Source: Octopus sinensis
Taxonomy: Eukaryota
Direction: 5' to 3'
Assembly: GCF_006345805.1 (NCBI RefSeq)
Contig: NC_043006.1
Span: forward strand, 94,426,001 to 94,490,000
Length of the DNA stretch: 64,000 nucleotides
Positions 24,408 to 37,660 of the stretch are shown in pieces. Under the pieces are notes generated by a model, which worked only from the letters and a program-made list of their open reading frames with translations, made no database searches and had not been told where the DNA came from. Each line of letters starts with the position of its first letter. Position 1 is the stretch's first letter. Made by a program: the position numbers and the translations under genes.

Positions 24408-24807
24408 CTAGCAGTATCGCCCGGCGTTGCTCGGGTTTGTAAGGGAAATAACTATATCAGCACTTTAGAGAGTTATAGCCAAAAAATAGCAAGAAAAAAA
24501 TGCATTAAAAATGGAAAAAAAATGATGGTAAATTTTTTTTAAATCGTTGACTAATCGTAGACATTTTTAGAGAGTTACTTCCCTTATATAATAGCGAAAA
24601 AATGCATTAAAATGGAAAAAAAATGATGGTAAATTATTTTAAAAATCGTAGATTCATCGTAGACGCGCGCTAATACCCAGAAGGGCTTGATATGAATCAC
24701 GACTATAAAGATACTGGTTTGTGGTTAACTGCACCGAAATGTGGGGAGTAGTAGGAATCTAAATCGTAGGAGAGAGACACACAACTGACTTTTATATATA
24801 AAGAAGA
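24408..24807 (-). mobile_element. Non-autonomous Helitron
   Basis: Minus-strand 5' TC(TTC)TTTATATATAAAA; 3' hairpin cccgagcaacgccggg followed by CTAG|T. Confidence 0.85.
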
Positions 24808-25069
24808 TACGGGTGTATGTGGGTGTGCGTGTGTATGTATTATGTACGCATCTATGTCTGTGTGTCACTGTGTGTGTACACGTAACTAAGCGGTTCGGCA
24901 AAAGCAACCAATACTGGTGTCGATTCATTTGACTAAAAGTTCTACGTGGTGCCCCAGCATGGCCGTAGTCTAATGACTGAAACAAGAGATAACACACACA
25001 CATATGTATGTATGTGTATGTGTGTGTGTGTATATGTGTGTGTTTGTGTGTATGTTACCTTTTACATAT

Positions 25070-25475
25070 TTTATTCTATCAGTCTAGTATACCGAACCGC
25101 TAAGTTACGGGGACGTAAACACACCAACGTCGGTTGTCAAGCGATGGTGGCGGAGGCCAAATACAGACACACAAGTACATGCGTACATACATATATATAC
25201 ATACACACATATATATATATATATATGAATATATATATAATATATTATATAATATATACTATATATATTAGATATATATATATATATGTATATTATATAT
25301 AATATATATACGACGGGCTTCTTTCAGTTTCCGTTTACCAAATCCACTCACAAGGCTTCGGTCGGCCTAAGGCTATAGTAGAAGACAATTACCCAAGGTG
25401 CCATGCAGTGGGTCGAACCCGGAACCGTATGGTTGGGAAGCAAGCTTCTTATTTATCACACATCCACTCCTGTAA
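25070..25475 (-). mobile_element. SINE family 1 copy, with an inverted tail fragment at 24882-24987
   Basis: Head and body match family 1. Confidence 0.75.
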
Positions 25476-25479
25476 CTAT

Positions 25480-25518
<39 letters not shown>

Positions 25519-25612
25519 GAAACATCAAAAATAGAAAACTTAAATCAGCTATTTCAGCAATAATAATAATAATATAAAATAATAATAATAATAATAATAA
25601 TAATAATTAATA

Positions 25613-25668
<56 letters not shown>

Positions 25669-25779
25669 AATAATAATAATAATTAATATTACTTATTACT
25701 ATTAATTATTATCATTATTATTATTATTATATTAATCATTATTATTATATTATTATCATCATCATCATCATCATTATCA

Positions 25780-25821
<42 letters not shown>

Positions 25822-26343
25822 TATATATTATTATTATTATTATATTATATTATTATTAAAAGGAGCATCACAAAAGAGCATCACATCTGAAAATGAATTT
25901 ATAATGATGGCATAAAATAAAAAAAAAATAATCACTCAACGTCTATTAATCTATGTTGCTTACTTCAATTCCTTATCGTCCATTTTAAGAGCGCAATGGA
26001 ATCTGGTAATTTTAATAGCTGGCAATATAAATGAACTTTAGCAGTAGAATTATTCAATTCTTCAGCACTGGAAAACAAATCACATTGATTGATAACGTAG
26101 CCGTTGCTGCCACCGTCGTCGGTCCTCTTATGACAATTGCAATAATATTTAAATTTTTATTCTGATTTTCGTTTTGCTTTTTGTTCGTGGCTTTTGGTGT
26201 GGCCATTAATAGTGGTAGTAAATGCTTTCTATTGTTTTCTGTTTATCTTTTTCTTCTTTTTCTTTCTCTCTCTCGTTTTCATTCTTTCCTTAATCGTAAT
26301 TCTAATTAAGTCTTGATTGAATATTCTTTCTGAAATAATAATG

Positions 26344-26412
<69 letters not shown>

Positions 26413-27374
26413 ATAATAATAATAATAATGATGCTGATGATGATGATGATGATGATAATAATGATAATAATAATAATAATAATAATAAAGATGGTAATAT
26501 AAAATACATACGTTCTCAGATAAGCCATACATGTATTCATACACATGCATATACATACACGTACATACATATAGTCATATATATACATACACACGCCCGC
26601 TATATGCATATATATGTATGTATATATATATATATATTAGTATATATATTATATATATATATATTATATATATATATATGTATTGTATGTATATATATCG
26701 CACACATACATACATATCTACATACATATATATAAAAATATACATATAAACACATACATAGACATACATGAACACATACATACATAGGTAGCTAGTTGCA
26801 TATTTCTTTTCTTTTCCCTGTGCATTGCCGCACGCACCCATATTAGACATGTGTGTGTATGTATACATGTATCTATGTGTGTGTGTGTTTATACATTCGC
26901 ACACACATACACACGCATATACATATATACTCATATACATACACACACACTCATACGCACATACATGTATACTGAAATATTTCACACCCATTACACTCAA
27001 TATGTTTTCCAGGTTCCATTAATATAATCTGCTTTTAACACCCTGGGTGTGAATTGCCGTAAAACAAATGTCTGCAGTTGTTATTTATTAGCAAGTAATA
27101 CGGGCACAAGAGAATCCAATGACGACGTATTCGTTAATATGATGACAACTGCTGTTATTTATTCTCAAGTCAACTCTGATCGATCTCATCTACGATGACA
27201 GCTTTTTTCAACAGTGGACCAAGAGTAGCGCAAATGCTTAGTTCTTAGTGACTAAGAAGTTTTTAGATCATTCATATTGTGTGGAAATTTGAGCAGACAT
27301 ATTCGGCTGTAGGCGTTCGATTCGGGGTGTGGTTAGAAAGCTGTCTTTGCAACTCCTTGGTTTTATGTTCACTC

Positions 27375-27456
<82 letters not shown>

Positions 27457-27609
27457 GTCTGTTTGTTTACCCGTTCATCTATCCATCCGTCCGTCTCTGT
27501 CTGACTGTCTCTGTCTGTCTCTGTCTGTCTGTCTGTCTCTGTCTCTCTCTCTCTCCCTATATATATATACATATATATATATATGTACTTTATTAAAGGC
27601 TGCGGAAAT

Positions 27610-27720
27610 ATCACAAAATCTGTTACTCAGAATTTCGCGTTCCTGTTCGTCAGACAGTTTTGTAAGAAAAACTGTCCGACAAACGGGAACGTGAAACTTT
27701 GAGTAGCAGCTTTATGTGAT
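27610..27720. other. Long imperfect hairpin
   Basis: About 41-bp stem ctgttactcag...gacagttt / aaactgtc...gagtagcag with a short loop. Confidence 0.7.
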
Positions 27721-27761
27721 AATTTTGTGGTAGTTTTTTCAGTTTTAATAATAAAGTATGT

Positions 27762-27793
<32 letters not shown>

Positions 27794-28699
27794 ACACACA
27801 CACACAGACATGTCTGTATATATTCGTTTACCGATCTATCAAACGTTCTATCCACTTATCAACTCTTTCTTCCATCCATCTCTCTATGTAGCTACAACGG
27901 TTCCTCGAACTCAAAGAACCAACACATTGACAATAAAAGGAAGTAGGTCCCCACCCCCCCAAAAAACCCCAAATTCAGTAACTACGGCTATAATTCGAAC
28001 AAGACACAACTTTGATTTCCACCTACCTCTTTAAAAGATAATTCATATATAAATTACTAAGCTTTCTCAACGGATTAAATTTAAGACTAATCTTAATTAT
28101 AGTGTTACGTAAAAGACACAAACACAAACGAAAGAAAAAACACATACTAATGAACATATAAGCATGCACCATTAAACCGGTTTGAAAAGAACCGCACATG
28201 CATGTATATACACATATATATATATATACATAAATATATATATATATATATATGTGTGCGTGTGTGTGTGTATATATATGTATATACACATACATATATA
28301 TATATACATATATATACATTTATATATATATGTATGTATGTATATATATATATATATATATATATAGATATATATACACACACATACACACACACACACA
28401 CATATATATATACATAAACATATATATATATATGTACACACAAACACACAGACATTTCAATACATTTACCAGATTTTCATTTTCAATCCAGCACAGACTG
28501 CCACGAAGCTGACGTCATCGATTTCCTAAACGACATCTATACGTGCCTGCGCAGTGTATATAGATGCTGGAACTTTGGACTTCAATTAGTCTAAGTAGAC
28601 GATTACTAAATTTTAGTATGATGGAAAAGTGTGTTGGAATTGTCAGCTGAATTTTCAATTAATCGCAGTCTGAAAATGTCATTATAGCAAGAAACACCA

Positions 28700-28705
28700 C
28701 CATGC

Positions 28706-28738
<33 letters not shown>

Positions 28739-29030
28739 TGTATGTATGTATGTATGTATGTATGAATGTATGTATGTATGTATGTATGAATGTATGAATG
28801 TATGTATGTATGTATGAATGTATGAATGTATGAATGTATGTATGTATGTATGTATGTATGTATGAATGTATGTATGAATGTATGAATGTATGTATGTATG
28901 TATGAATGTATGAATGTATGTATGAATATATGAATGTATGTATGTATGTATGTATGTATGTATGAATGTATGTATGATGTATGAATGTATGTATGTATGT
29001 ATGTATGAATGTATGTATGTATGTATTATA
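28700..29030. repeat. (TATG/TGAA)n microsatellite
   Basis: Directly visible. Confidence 0.95.
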
Positions 29031-29113
29031 GATATATATACTATAACTATATATATATATATATGCATGTATGTATTATGTATGTATATAGACATATGTA
29101 TGTGTATATATAC

Positions 29114-29149
<36 letters not shown>

Positions 29150-29153
<4 letters not shown>

Positions 29154-29475
29154 AGGCGCGTGGCTTAGTGGTTAGGGCATTCGGATCACGACTGTAAGGT
29201 CGTGAGTTCCATTTCCGGCGAGGCGTTGTGTCCTTGAGTAAGACATTTTATTTCATGTTGCTCCAGTCCACTTAGCTGGCAAAAATTATTTGTTCCTGTA
29301 TTTCAAAGGGCCAGCCTTATAACACTCTGTGTCACGCAGAATCTCCCTGAGAACTACGTTAAGGGTACGAGTGTCTGTGAACCACTCAGCCACTTGCACG
29401 TTAATTTCACAAGCAGGTTATTCCGTTAATCTTAGCAGCTGGGACCCTCATCGTCGTAACCGACGGAGTGAGTGC
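29150..29475 (+). mobile_element. tRNA-derived SINE family 3
   Basis: Head gcgtggcttagtggttaggg...gtgagttcc; tail tcgtcgtaaccgacggagtg; copies at 55031 and 58671. Confidence 0.85.
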
Positions 29476-29529
29476 TCCTATCCTATATGTATATATATAT
29501 ATATATATGTGTATATATATATACACACA

Positions 29530-29690
29530 CGTTTCTTTTCTGTGTTTCTTTCTGTCGAAGAGCGTAGGCTCGAAACGTAAAAGACTTGTTTTATTTCTAT
29601 TCCTGAGCGCCATACTACTACAATTGTTTGTTTGTACTCCACCTGCCTTCGTCTTTTGTTTATTTTCGTAAACCTTCCTGTTATATATAT
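29530..29690 (+). mobile_element. Penelope-like repeat family A copy (hammerhead variant 29547-29584)
   Basis: UCUUU-CUGUCGA-A-GAG cguagg CUC-GAAAC-GUA-AAAGA. Confidence 0.6.
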
Positions 29691-29816
29691 ATATATGTAT
29701 GTATATATATGTATATGTATGTATACGTTTTTATAACCACAAATACTCTAGCTCACCCTCATCTCCCTATCTCTCTCTCTATATGTATTATATATATACA
29801 AAGACACACACACGTA

Positions 29817-29851
<35 letters not shown>

Positions 29852-30684
29852 GATATTCATTCACACATACATACATACATACACTTATATATACACACAT
29901 AAGCCTGAGTATACACATATATATCTGTATATATAGATTATGTTGTGTGTGTGTGCATGTACGTATGTCTGCGTGCGCGCACACTTGGTTCTATAATTAT
30001 GCCTTGCAACATACAAGTTTTCATACATCCATTCTTAGCAACCTACGAGGGTGGGTGGTGCTGAAAAGTTCCTGACTTTGCGTAAAAGAAAATACAAGGA
30101 GATCAAGCAGTTGATCAAGCATTTGTCAAGCGGACAAATGTATATATTCCCTTTTCTCTTTTCCTCTGCTTAGATATATATGTGTGTGTATATGTATTGT
30201 ATATGTATGTGTGTGTATATATTATATGTATATGTACAAACTCTGTAAAATCTCTTGGCTTGTTTTCTTTCAGCTGTTTTATTATATTATTATTTATTTA
30301 TTATTATTAATTATATTATTATTATTATTATTATTCTATTTTATTATCTATTATTATTATCACTTGTTAAATATATGTGTGTGTATATATGTGTGTGTGT
30401 TATATATATATGTGTGTGTGTATATACTACATATATATATATAAACTCTGTAAAACCTCCTGGCCTGTTTTCTTTCAGCTGTTTTATTTTTATTATTATT
30501 ATTGTCTTATAATTTCTTACTATTATTACTTTTGTAATATATGTTTATATATGTTTTGTAATATATGTTTCATTATTATTATTGTTTCTTTATATACTCA
30601 CTTGTTACTCTTGTCTATATATGTGCATGTGCACACGTGTGTACATGTGTGTATGTGTGTGGTGTGTGTATACATGTGTATGTC

Positions 30685-31290
30685 CCAATAGCTTCGTTTA
30701 GAATTCTGTCTGTCTCTTCAGTTCTCTCCCTTGCCCTTCTCTGTCTGTCTCTTTAGTTCCCTCCCTTGCGCTTCTCTGTCTGTCTCTTCAGTTCTCTCCC
30801 TTGCGCCCCTCCTTGGCCCAATAGCTTCGTTTAGAATTCTGTCTGTCTCTTCAGATCTCTCCCTAACGTTTCTCTGTCTGTCTCTTCGGTTCTCTCCCTT
30901 GCGCTTCTCTGTCTGTCTCAGCTCTCCTCTCTCAGCTCTCAATCTCTCTCTGAGGGCATAGAGGCTTTCTCTATCTTCCTTCAGCACTCAGTATCTCCTC
31001 TTCCTCTTCTCTCTTGCTCTCTTCTCTTGGCTCCCAATCTCTCCTTAAGTGCATGGACGCTCTCTTTCTCTCTACCCCCCTACCCCCTATTGCACTATTG
31101 GATTAATATAACTTAATATAATTAGATAGATAGATAGATAGACAAAATATCTCTCCTCTTCCTCTTCTCTCTTGCTCTCTTCTCTTGGCTCCCAATCTCT
31201 CCTTAAGTACATAGACGCTCTCTTTCTCTATTACCCCCTACTATTGGATTAATATAAACTTAACATAATTAGATAGATAGATAATAATCA
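30685..31290 (+). repeat. Pyrimidine-rich tandem repeats immediately 5' of the CR1-like LINE
   Basis: cccaatagcttcgtttagaattctgtctgtctcttcag occurs twice; a block of about 150-165 bp (tctcctcttcctc...ggattaatata...agatagatag) occurs twice. Confidence 0.7.
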
Positions 31291-32116
31291 AGAATGTCCG
31301 AGCTTGGAAACGTGATGAACTGGCGTGGTTCCTGCGAGGATGGCAATGCGCTGACGGAGAAAGTCAAGTAACATAATTGCGGCAGCACTAAGGAACAAAG
31401 GATTCAAAAGGACGTCAGCACAAATAGAGCGGAAGAGGCAAGAGTTCGTACGCTCATACGCACTTGTCAGATCGCACATAACACACTGGATGCCATTTTT
31501 AACAGCGAAAAACGCGAACAAGTAAAGATGGCAAGGATGGAGACGCGGGCGCAGATGAGGAGGGTCACCCCCACCTGGTGGACGCCCAGGAAGAAAACTC
31601 CAGCGAGAGGCCTGCCTGGGAGGTGAACCCAGGTACGGATGCTCCTACCGGCACCAAAAGCCATGGACATGGAGATGAAGAGCCAAAAAAAGAGGAAAAA
31701 CTGAAGCTAAAACTCAGACAAAGCCAAGGGGCAAGGCAGCCAGGGATAGAGGCAAACCTAACTGTCCATATGCCAAAAAGGATGGAAACAAGCAGCGCAC
31801 ACGGGTATGTAGGTTCTACCTGAAAGGTGCCTGCCGGCATGGAGAGGAAGGTGCAGGCTGCCGCTTTGCACATCCGGGACCCTGCCACAGAAACCAACCA
31901 CCGAAAGGAAATGGGATGGACCACGCATCACCGGCCCCAAAACGGAGGTACGCAGATGTGGTGCGTACCACAAACCACAACGTGTTGTTGAAAGGGCAGC
32001 TGCTGAGCAGGAATCTTTTTTGTGCATGGCACAAAAGATTGTACAGCAGCTAACCTGGCTCCATCAGGCTCAGGCTCGCAGATGGAACTGCCCACGGTTC
32101 ACAGACGCCACAGCAG

Positions 32117-33136
32117 ATGGACCCAGGGTGGACACCACCGGCACACAGCATACACCTCACCTCGATGCTCCTACTGAACATCAGAGGACTACTAAAACAC
32201 AGTAACAGGACAAAAGTCCCGTTCCTGAGAGACTTTGTCGCATGCAATCAAGCCTTATGCATAGCACTCACAGAAACGCATCTGAAACCGGACATAGCAG
32301 ATGCGGAATTACACATACCACAGTATGTTGTACTACGGACCGACAGGAAAGAAAGAAGTCATGGAGGAGTTGCTATGTACATCCGTGGGGACCTCACACC
32401 CCAGGTCCTTTTGTCATACTCAAACTCGGTGTGTGACACACTAATTGTACACATAAGGCAACTTGATGTAGTTGTGTGTGCTACATATCGCCCTCCAGAT
32501 GCCCCAAGTCATATGGGCAAGTTTGAGGACTGCCTTTTAAAAATAGAAGTTCTAACCACATTAGAACAACACATAAGTGTACTTCTCATGGGAGACTTCA
32601 ATCTACCGAATGTCAGATGGCCCGAGGGCCTTTCTCTCCCAGGAATGACAAGATGTGAACGAGGACAGGCGAGGTCCCTCCTGAACCTCACCAACACCCT
32701 GTACATGGAGCAAGTAATACTCCAACCAACCAGAGCGGGTAACACACTGGATCTCTGCTTCACAAATAATATGGATCTCATCCATAATGTGAAAGTGACA
32801 CCGACACTACTCTCGGATCACAACATGGTAGAGCTGACCATGTACGGGCCAAAAGAGAGCACGGACATGCAGCCTACAAGAAACCCTCAGAATCTTTCCA
32901 GCTTGAACTTCAATAAGGCAAACTGGAAACAAATTGAGAAAGAGATCCTCAAACAAAACTGGCCTGAATGTCTCTCCTCGCCGGACATCGACATGATACT
33001 TCAACAATTCATGTCTGTAATGCAAGCCATATGCTACAAATGTGTCCCAGAGAGAAGGGCCACTGTACACAAGAACAAAATCCCCAGAGAGAGAAAAATT
33101 TTAATGAGACGGCGCACAAAAATTCAAATCGCCTAA
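32117..33136 (+). pseudogene. LINE ORF2 apurinic endonuclease domain (interrupted ORF)
   Basis: EEP/APE motifs in the 339-aa ORF. Confidence 0.9.
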
Positions 33137-33772
33137 ACAAACAAATTGAAAGCAGTGAAAAGTCCCGCCTGAAAAATAACTTGGAAATTGAAAATTGTCT
33201 GCAACTCTCCCATGAGAAGGAAGAGCAGACAAAGAAGCCTGGGCTATAGACAACATAAAAACTAACCCCAGAGCTTTCTACAGGTATGCCAAAGAAACAG
33301 CTACGGTGCACTGTAGGATAGGGCCACTCCTTGAAAAGGATGGCACACTCACAGGAAAACCAATGAGGGTAAGTGAAATACTGAATGAACAATTCAAGAG
33401 TGTTTTCACTCCACCCCTTGGGCATTTCCAAATCAGCAATCCAACTGACTTTTTTACCACTGCAGATATAGAATCAGAGGCGGCGACGTTAAATTACATC
33501 GATATAAAGGAAGACGATGTAATAAAGGCTATAGATGAAATGAAAACAGAGACTCAGCTATTGGCCCCGATGGATTCCCGGCAATCCTCCTAAAAGTATG
33601 TAAGAGAGTCTTAGCAAGACCACTGCAGTTCCTCTTTCAGAGCTTCCTTGCAGCTGGCAAACTTCCAAGAAAACTGAAGGAAGGTAAAATATGCCCTATT
33701 CATAAAGGAGGTAGCAGAGCGGAGGCCAAGAACTACAGACCTATCTCTCTGACCTCACACATCAGCAAGGTC

Positions 33773-34366
33773 ATGGAACGAATAGTCAGAAGGAAACTAA
33801 TCACCTTCCTTGAAGAAAATGACTTGCTGCCTGACACCCAACATGGTTTCCGACCAGGAAGAAGCTGCTTAACTCAGCTCCTGCAGCACTATGACTGGGT
33901 GCTGAAACAACTGCTCAACCACTCAAATGTGGAAGTCATATATCTCGACTTCGCAAAGGCCTTCGATAAAGTCGATCATGGAATGATATGTCACAAACTG
34001 CGTGATCTTGGCATAGTTGGAAAACTAGGAGAATGGCTTCACGACTTTCTGAAGAATAGAAGTCAGGTGGTAGTAGCCAATGGGGCCACTTCCATTAGCA
34101 CGCAAATAGTGAGCGGTGTTCCACAGGGCACTGTTTTGGGACCACTACTGTTCATAATGGCCCTCTCAGACATGCCCTCAGCCACGCGGAGAGCCACGAT
34201 CACAAGTTATGCAGATGATACAAAAGTTTCACAGGCAATACAGAACCCTGAAGACACTAGGCACCTGCAATATGAGCTGGACGAAATATACAAGTGGGCT
34301 GAAAAGAATAGCATGCAGTTCAATGCTGAAAAGTTTCAAGCTTATACTATCAGCATGCAAAACTGA
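33773..34366 (+). pseudogene. LINE ORF2 reverse transcriptase domain (interrupted ORF)
   Basis: RT motifs including YADD. Confidence 0.92.
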
Positions 34367-35341
34367 ATGCAATACCCAAGGAATACACTGGACCCGGAGG
34401 ATTGCAATCCCAGAGGCACATCAGTGCGTGACCTGGGTATTCACATGAGTGATGACGCGACCTTTCATGTACATGTTGCTAAACTGACAATGAATTGCAG
34501 ACGGCTGGCTGGATGGATTCTTAGAACCTTTAGAAAAAGAGAACAAGAAACCATGATGGTCCTCTGGAAGACACTTGTCCTAAGTCACTTTGACTATTGC
34601 TCTCAGCTATGGTCACCATCCAGTGTCAAGTTGATCACAGAACTTGAGGCGATCCAACGAAGCTACACGAGAAGATAGCCTCTATGCAGAATGTAAGCTA
34701 CTGGGAAGACTCAAGAGATTAAAATTATATTCCCTGGAGCGTAGGCGGGAAAGATATGCCATAATATACATCTGGAAGATCCTGGAGGAAGAAGTGTCCT
34801 GAACTTTGGCATCGAGAGTTACGCAAACGCCAGAACTGGGCGCCACTGCGTGGTGCCTAGGACTCCAAACTTGCCATCAAGATGTAGGACAAGATTCTGT
34901 GATAGCCTGGGCTTCCGAGGCCCACAGCTCTTCAATATCCTCCCGATGAACCTGAGAGAGACCTGCATGGGGTGGATACAGATGTCTTTAAAATGGAGCT
35001 GGATCTCTTCCTGTTCAGGTGTCCCAGATGAACCAACTTCACGGCAGGAGGTGCAGATGAGGGCAGCTGCATCGAACTCTCTCATGCACCAATAGTAGTT
35101 GCTAGAAAGCCTCCATGAAGTGAAACCAAGTAGCAACACCAAATGGCGGTGCCCCAGCATGGCCACAGCTCATAAGCTGAAACTGGAATCAATCAATCAA
35201 TCAATCATATAAAATCTTAAGGATAAGATTTTATTAAAAAATTTTATCAGTGACCAGCATATGAAAAATACCTTTTAAGGTGAAATTTATAAATACAATT
35301 ATAAATACGGGCAAAAAAATAAAAAAAAAACTTTCATGCAG

Positions 35342-35660
35342 AATATGCTGAAAAATAGACGCTAAATCGTTTAACCTCATAAAATATTTTCACTTAGGAA
35401 AGCAAGCTAACAGAAATACATAAAAATATAGTTATTCTCGAATCGTCTCTGATTCCCGGATTAATCTAAAGAGGATTCTTCCTTCATCAGTGAGGAACAC
35501 AAGGAAGAATCCTTTTTAGCTTAATCCAGGAATTAGAACCCATTCGGGGATAACTATATTTTAATCAATTTCTGTTAGCTTGCTTTCCACGTTTCGACAC
35601 GGTGTAATAAGTGAAAATATTTTGTGGTTAGACGATTTAGCGTCTATTTTTCAGTACATT
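35342..35660. repeat. Foldback / MITE-like inverted repeat
   Basis: Arms of about 135 bp (ctgaaaaatagacgctaaatcg...ggattcttcct and aggaagaatcc...cgatttagcgtctatttttcag), 18-nt loop, one arm with a 19-nt insertion. Confidence 0.75.
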
Positions 35661-35731
35661 GGCAAAGAAAATTTTTTCTTTTCCCTTATTTATAATTGTG
35701 TGTGTGTATATATACACACACACACACACAC

Positions 35732-35773
<42 letters not shown>

Positions 35774-35942
35774 ATATATATAATATATATATACATATAT
35801 GTATATATATATATATGTATATATACTGTATGTATGTAGTATGTATGTATATGTATAGAATATTGTATATATATATGTATAAATACACTATATACATAGT
35901 ATATATATATATGTACACGCATATATATATAATGTATATATT

Positions 35943-35979
<37 letters not shown>

Positions 35980-36522
35980 TAAATGTTTGAACAGAAAGAA
36001 TACAAGAAGTTAAACGAAAGGAGAGCAATGGGAAACTAGATGTAAACTTAACGGACAGGAAATTAGACTATATAGATAGATAAACAGATACATAGGTATA
36101 CACACACATACACTCACACACAACACAACATACACACACACACACACACCACACATATATATATATAATATACTTATAGATACATATATGATGCAAACAC
36201 TGTACGATGGTGTCACTAATATTACTTTCATTACATCGTTTACAATTATTTCAACAATTCATATTTTGACCAATTCTATGCCATGTTCATTTTCATCCCA
36301 TCAATTACTAATCCAGTCATATAAACTGTGTAGATTGTTTTTTTACGACATAAACGCGAATTGCTTCTCCATAACGTTGTAAAGAAAAAATAATTTTCGC
36401 ACCCCGTCGGTGAGTTCGCCAGTAAATAGTACATTCCTCAAGTTATAAGTCTGAGTTATTTTAAATAATCTTGTTCTAGCTGTTGCATGATAGGAAAAAG
36501 GGAAAAGAGAAAAAAAAAATCT

Positions 36523-37097
36523 AACAAGAGCACTCAGAGAGCGCAAACGTCCGCCAAGTCAACTCCAACGTCCTCTCAACGATTAGCCAGAGTTCATTTT
36601 CAAAATGAGAAAAACTGAAATAAATTCGACTGCTCTCACAAACGAGAATACCAAAAACGAATCCTACCGCTCTCAAAAATTAAGAAAAAAAAACCGGAAA
36701 AATAATCCAGAATCCTTGTCCGCTACTTGATACTAATGGTAGTCATGGAATGTGAAGGTTGCTGTAGAAAATTTACTAAGAATAATAAATACAAGCCAAA
36801 GTTAACAAATTCACCATTCAAAATAGTTACAGCCTAAAGGGAGATAACTGAGAAAGACTTGAAAGTAACCGTAAGATCGTAATCATGTAAAGTAAAGAAG
36901 ATATAACAAACTCTCCAGAATCCTTGTTCGGCACAGGATCGATCCCAAACTCTAATCAGTTCGTGCCAGTCACGAGGCCAAACATCCCTGAAAGTTCCAT
37001 CCGAATTCATTCAGTCGTCCTTGAGATTTCATGACCACGGACAAACAGACAAATGCGACTGAAAACAATACATCCGCCTTCGCTAAGACAGAGGTAA
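36523..37097 (+). mobile_element. Helentron-associated (DINE-1/HINE-like) non-autonomous element
   Basis: 5' aacaagagcactcagagagcgcaaacgtccgccaag with subterminal repeat; 3' hairpin tccgccttcgctaagacagaggtaa; central ggatcgatcccaaa..taatcagttc core. Confidence 0.65.
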
Positions 37098-37438
37098 TAA
37101 TGCATATTTAGATACATTCAAACTCGACCACTTAGTTCACATGTATACCTCCTTTTGTGTTGTCTTCTATATATAAAGTGTTATGATGTCTCACTGTGGT
37201 ATCCAAGTATTCTGAGGTCTGTATTAATGCATAACTTCAGAACTGGATATCTTAACATCAGACTGTAAATGTTTTATTGCTTTAGATGACATCGAGTTAC
37301 TTCTACAAATGGGCAGTTAATCACCGAAATTTACACTCATACATTCTTAGACACACACCTACATGTAGCCATATACTATTACATTTACACAATCACCCAA
37401 CAACATGACAGTAATATTTTGATTTATACGCATTCAGT

Positions 37439-37660
37439 GCGGCGAGCTGGCATAATCGTTAGCACTCCGGGTCAATTTCTTAGCAGAATTTCGTCCATCT
37501 TTACGTTCCGAGTTCAAATTCCGTCGAGGTCAACTTTGACGTATATCCTTTCGGAGACGATAAAATAAGCACCAGTCGAACACTGTAGTCGATGTAATCG
37601 ACTTATACCCGTCCTACACAATTGCTGGCTTTGTGCCAAATTTTGAAATCAATATTTTGA
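37439..37660 (+). mobile_element. SINE family 2 copy (another follows at about 37710-37910)
   Basis: ggcgagctggcataatcgttagc...gagttcaaattcc. Confidence 0.75.

Larger units (their letters stand above)
31290..35207 (+). mobile_element. CR1-like LINE, near full length, multiple frameshifts and stops
   Basis: ORF1 CCCH finger CRFYLKGACRHGEEGAGCRFAHP (31808-31876); APE domain 32117-33136 (LNIRGL, LTETHL, GDFNLP, LDLCF, SDHN); RT 33773-34366 (QHGFR, YLDFAKAFDKV, SGVPQGTVLGP, YADD); 3' stem-loop and (TCAA)n tail. Confidence 0.9.

Noticed and set aside
30044-30105. Single mariner-like TIR (tacgaggg...ctgaaaagttcctg)
   Set aside because: No partner TIR or coding remnant seen.
35480-35500. CUGAUGA in the foldback loop (minus strand)
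   Set aside because: No GAAA partner or hammerhead stems.
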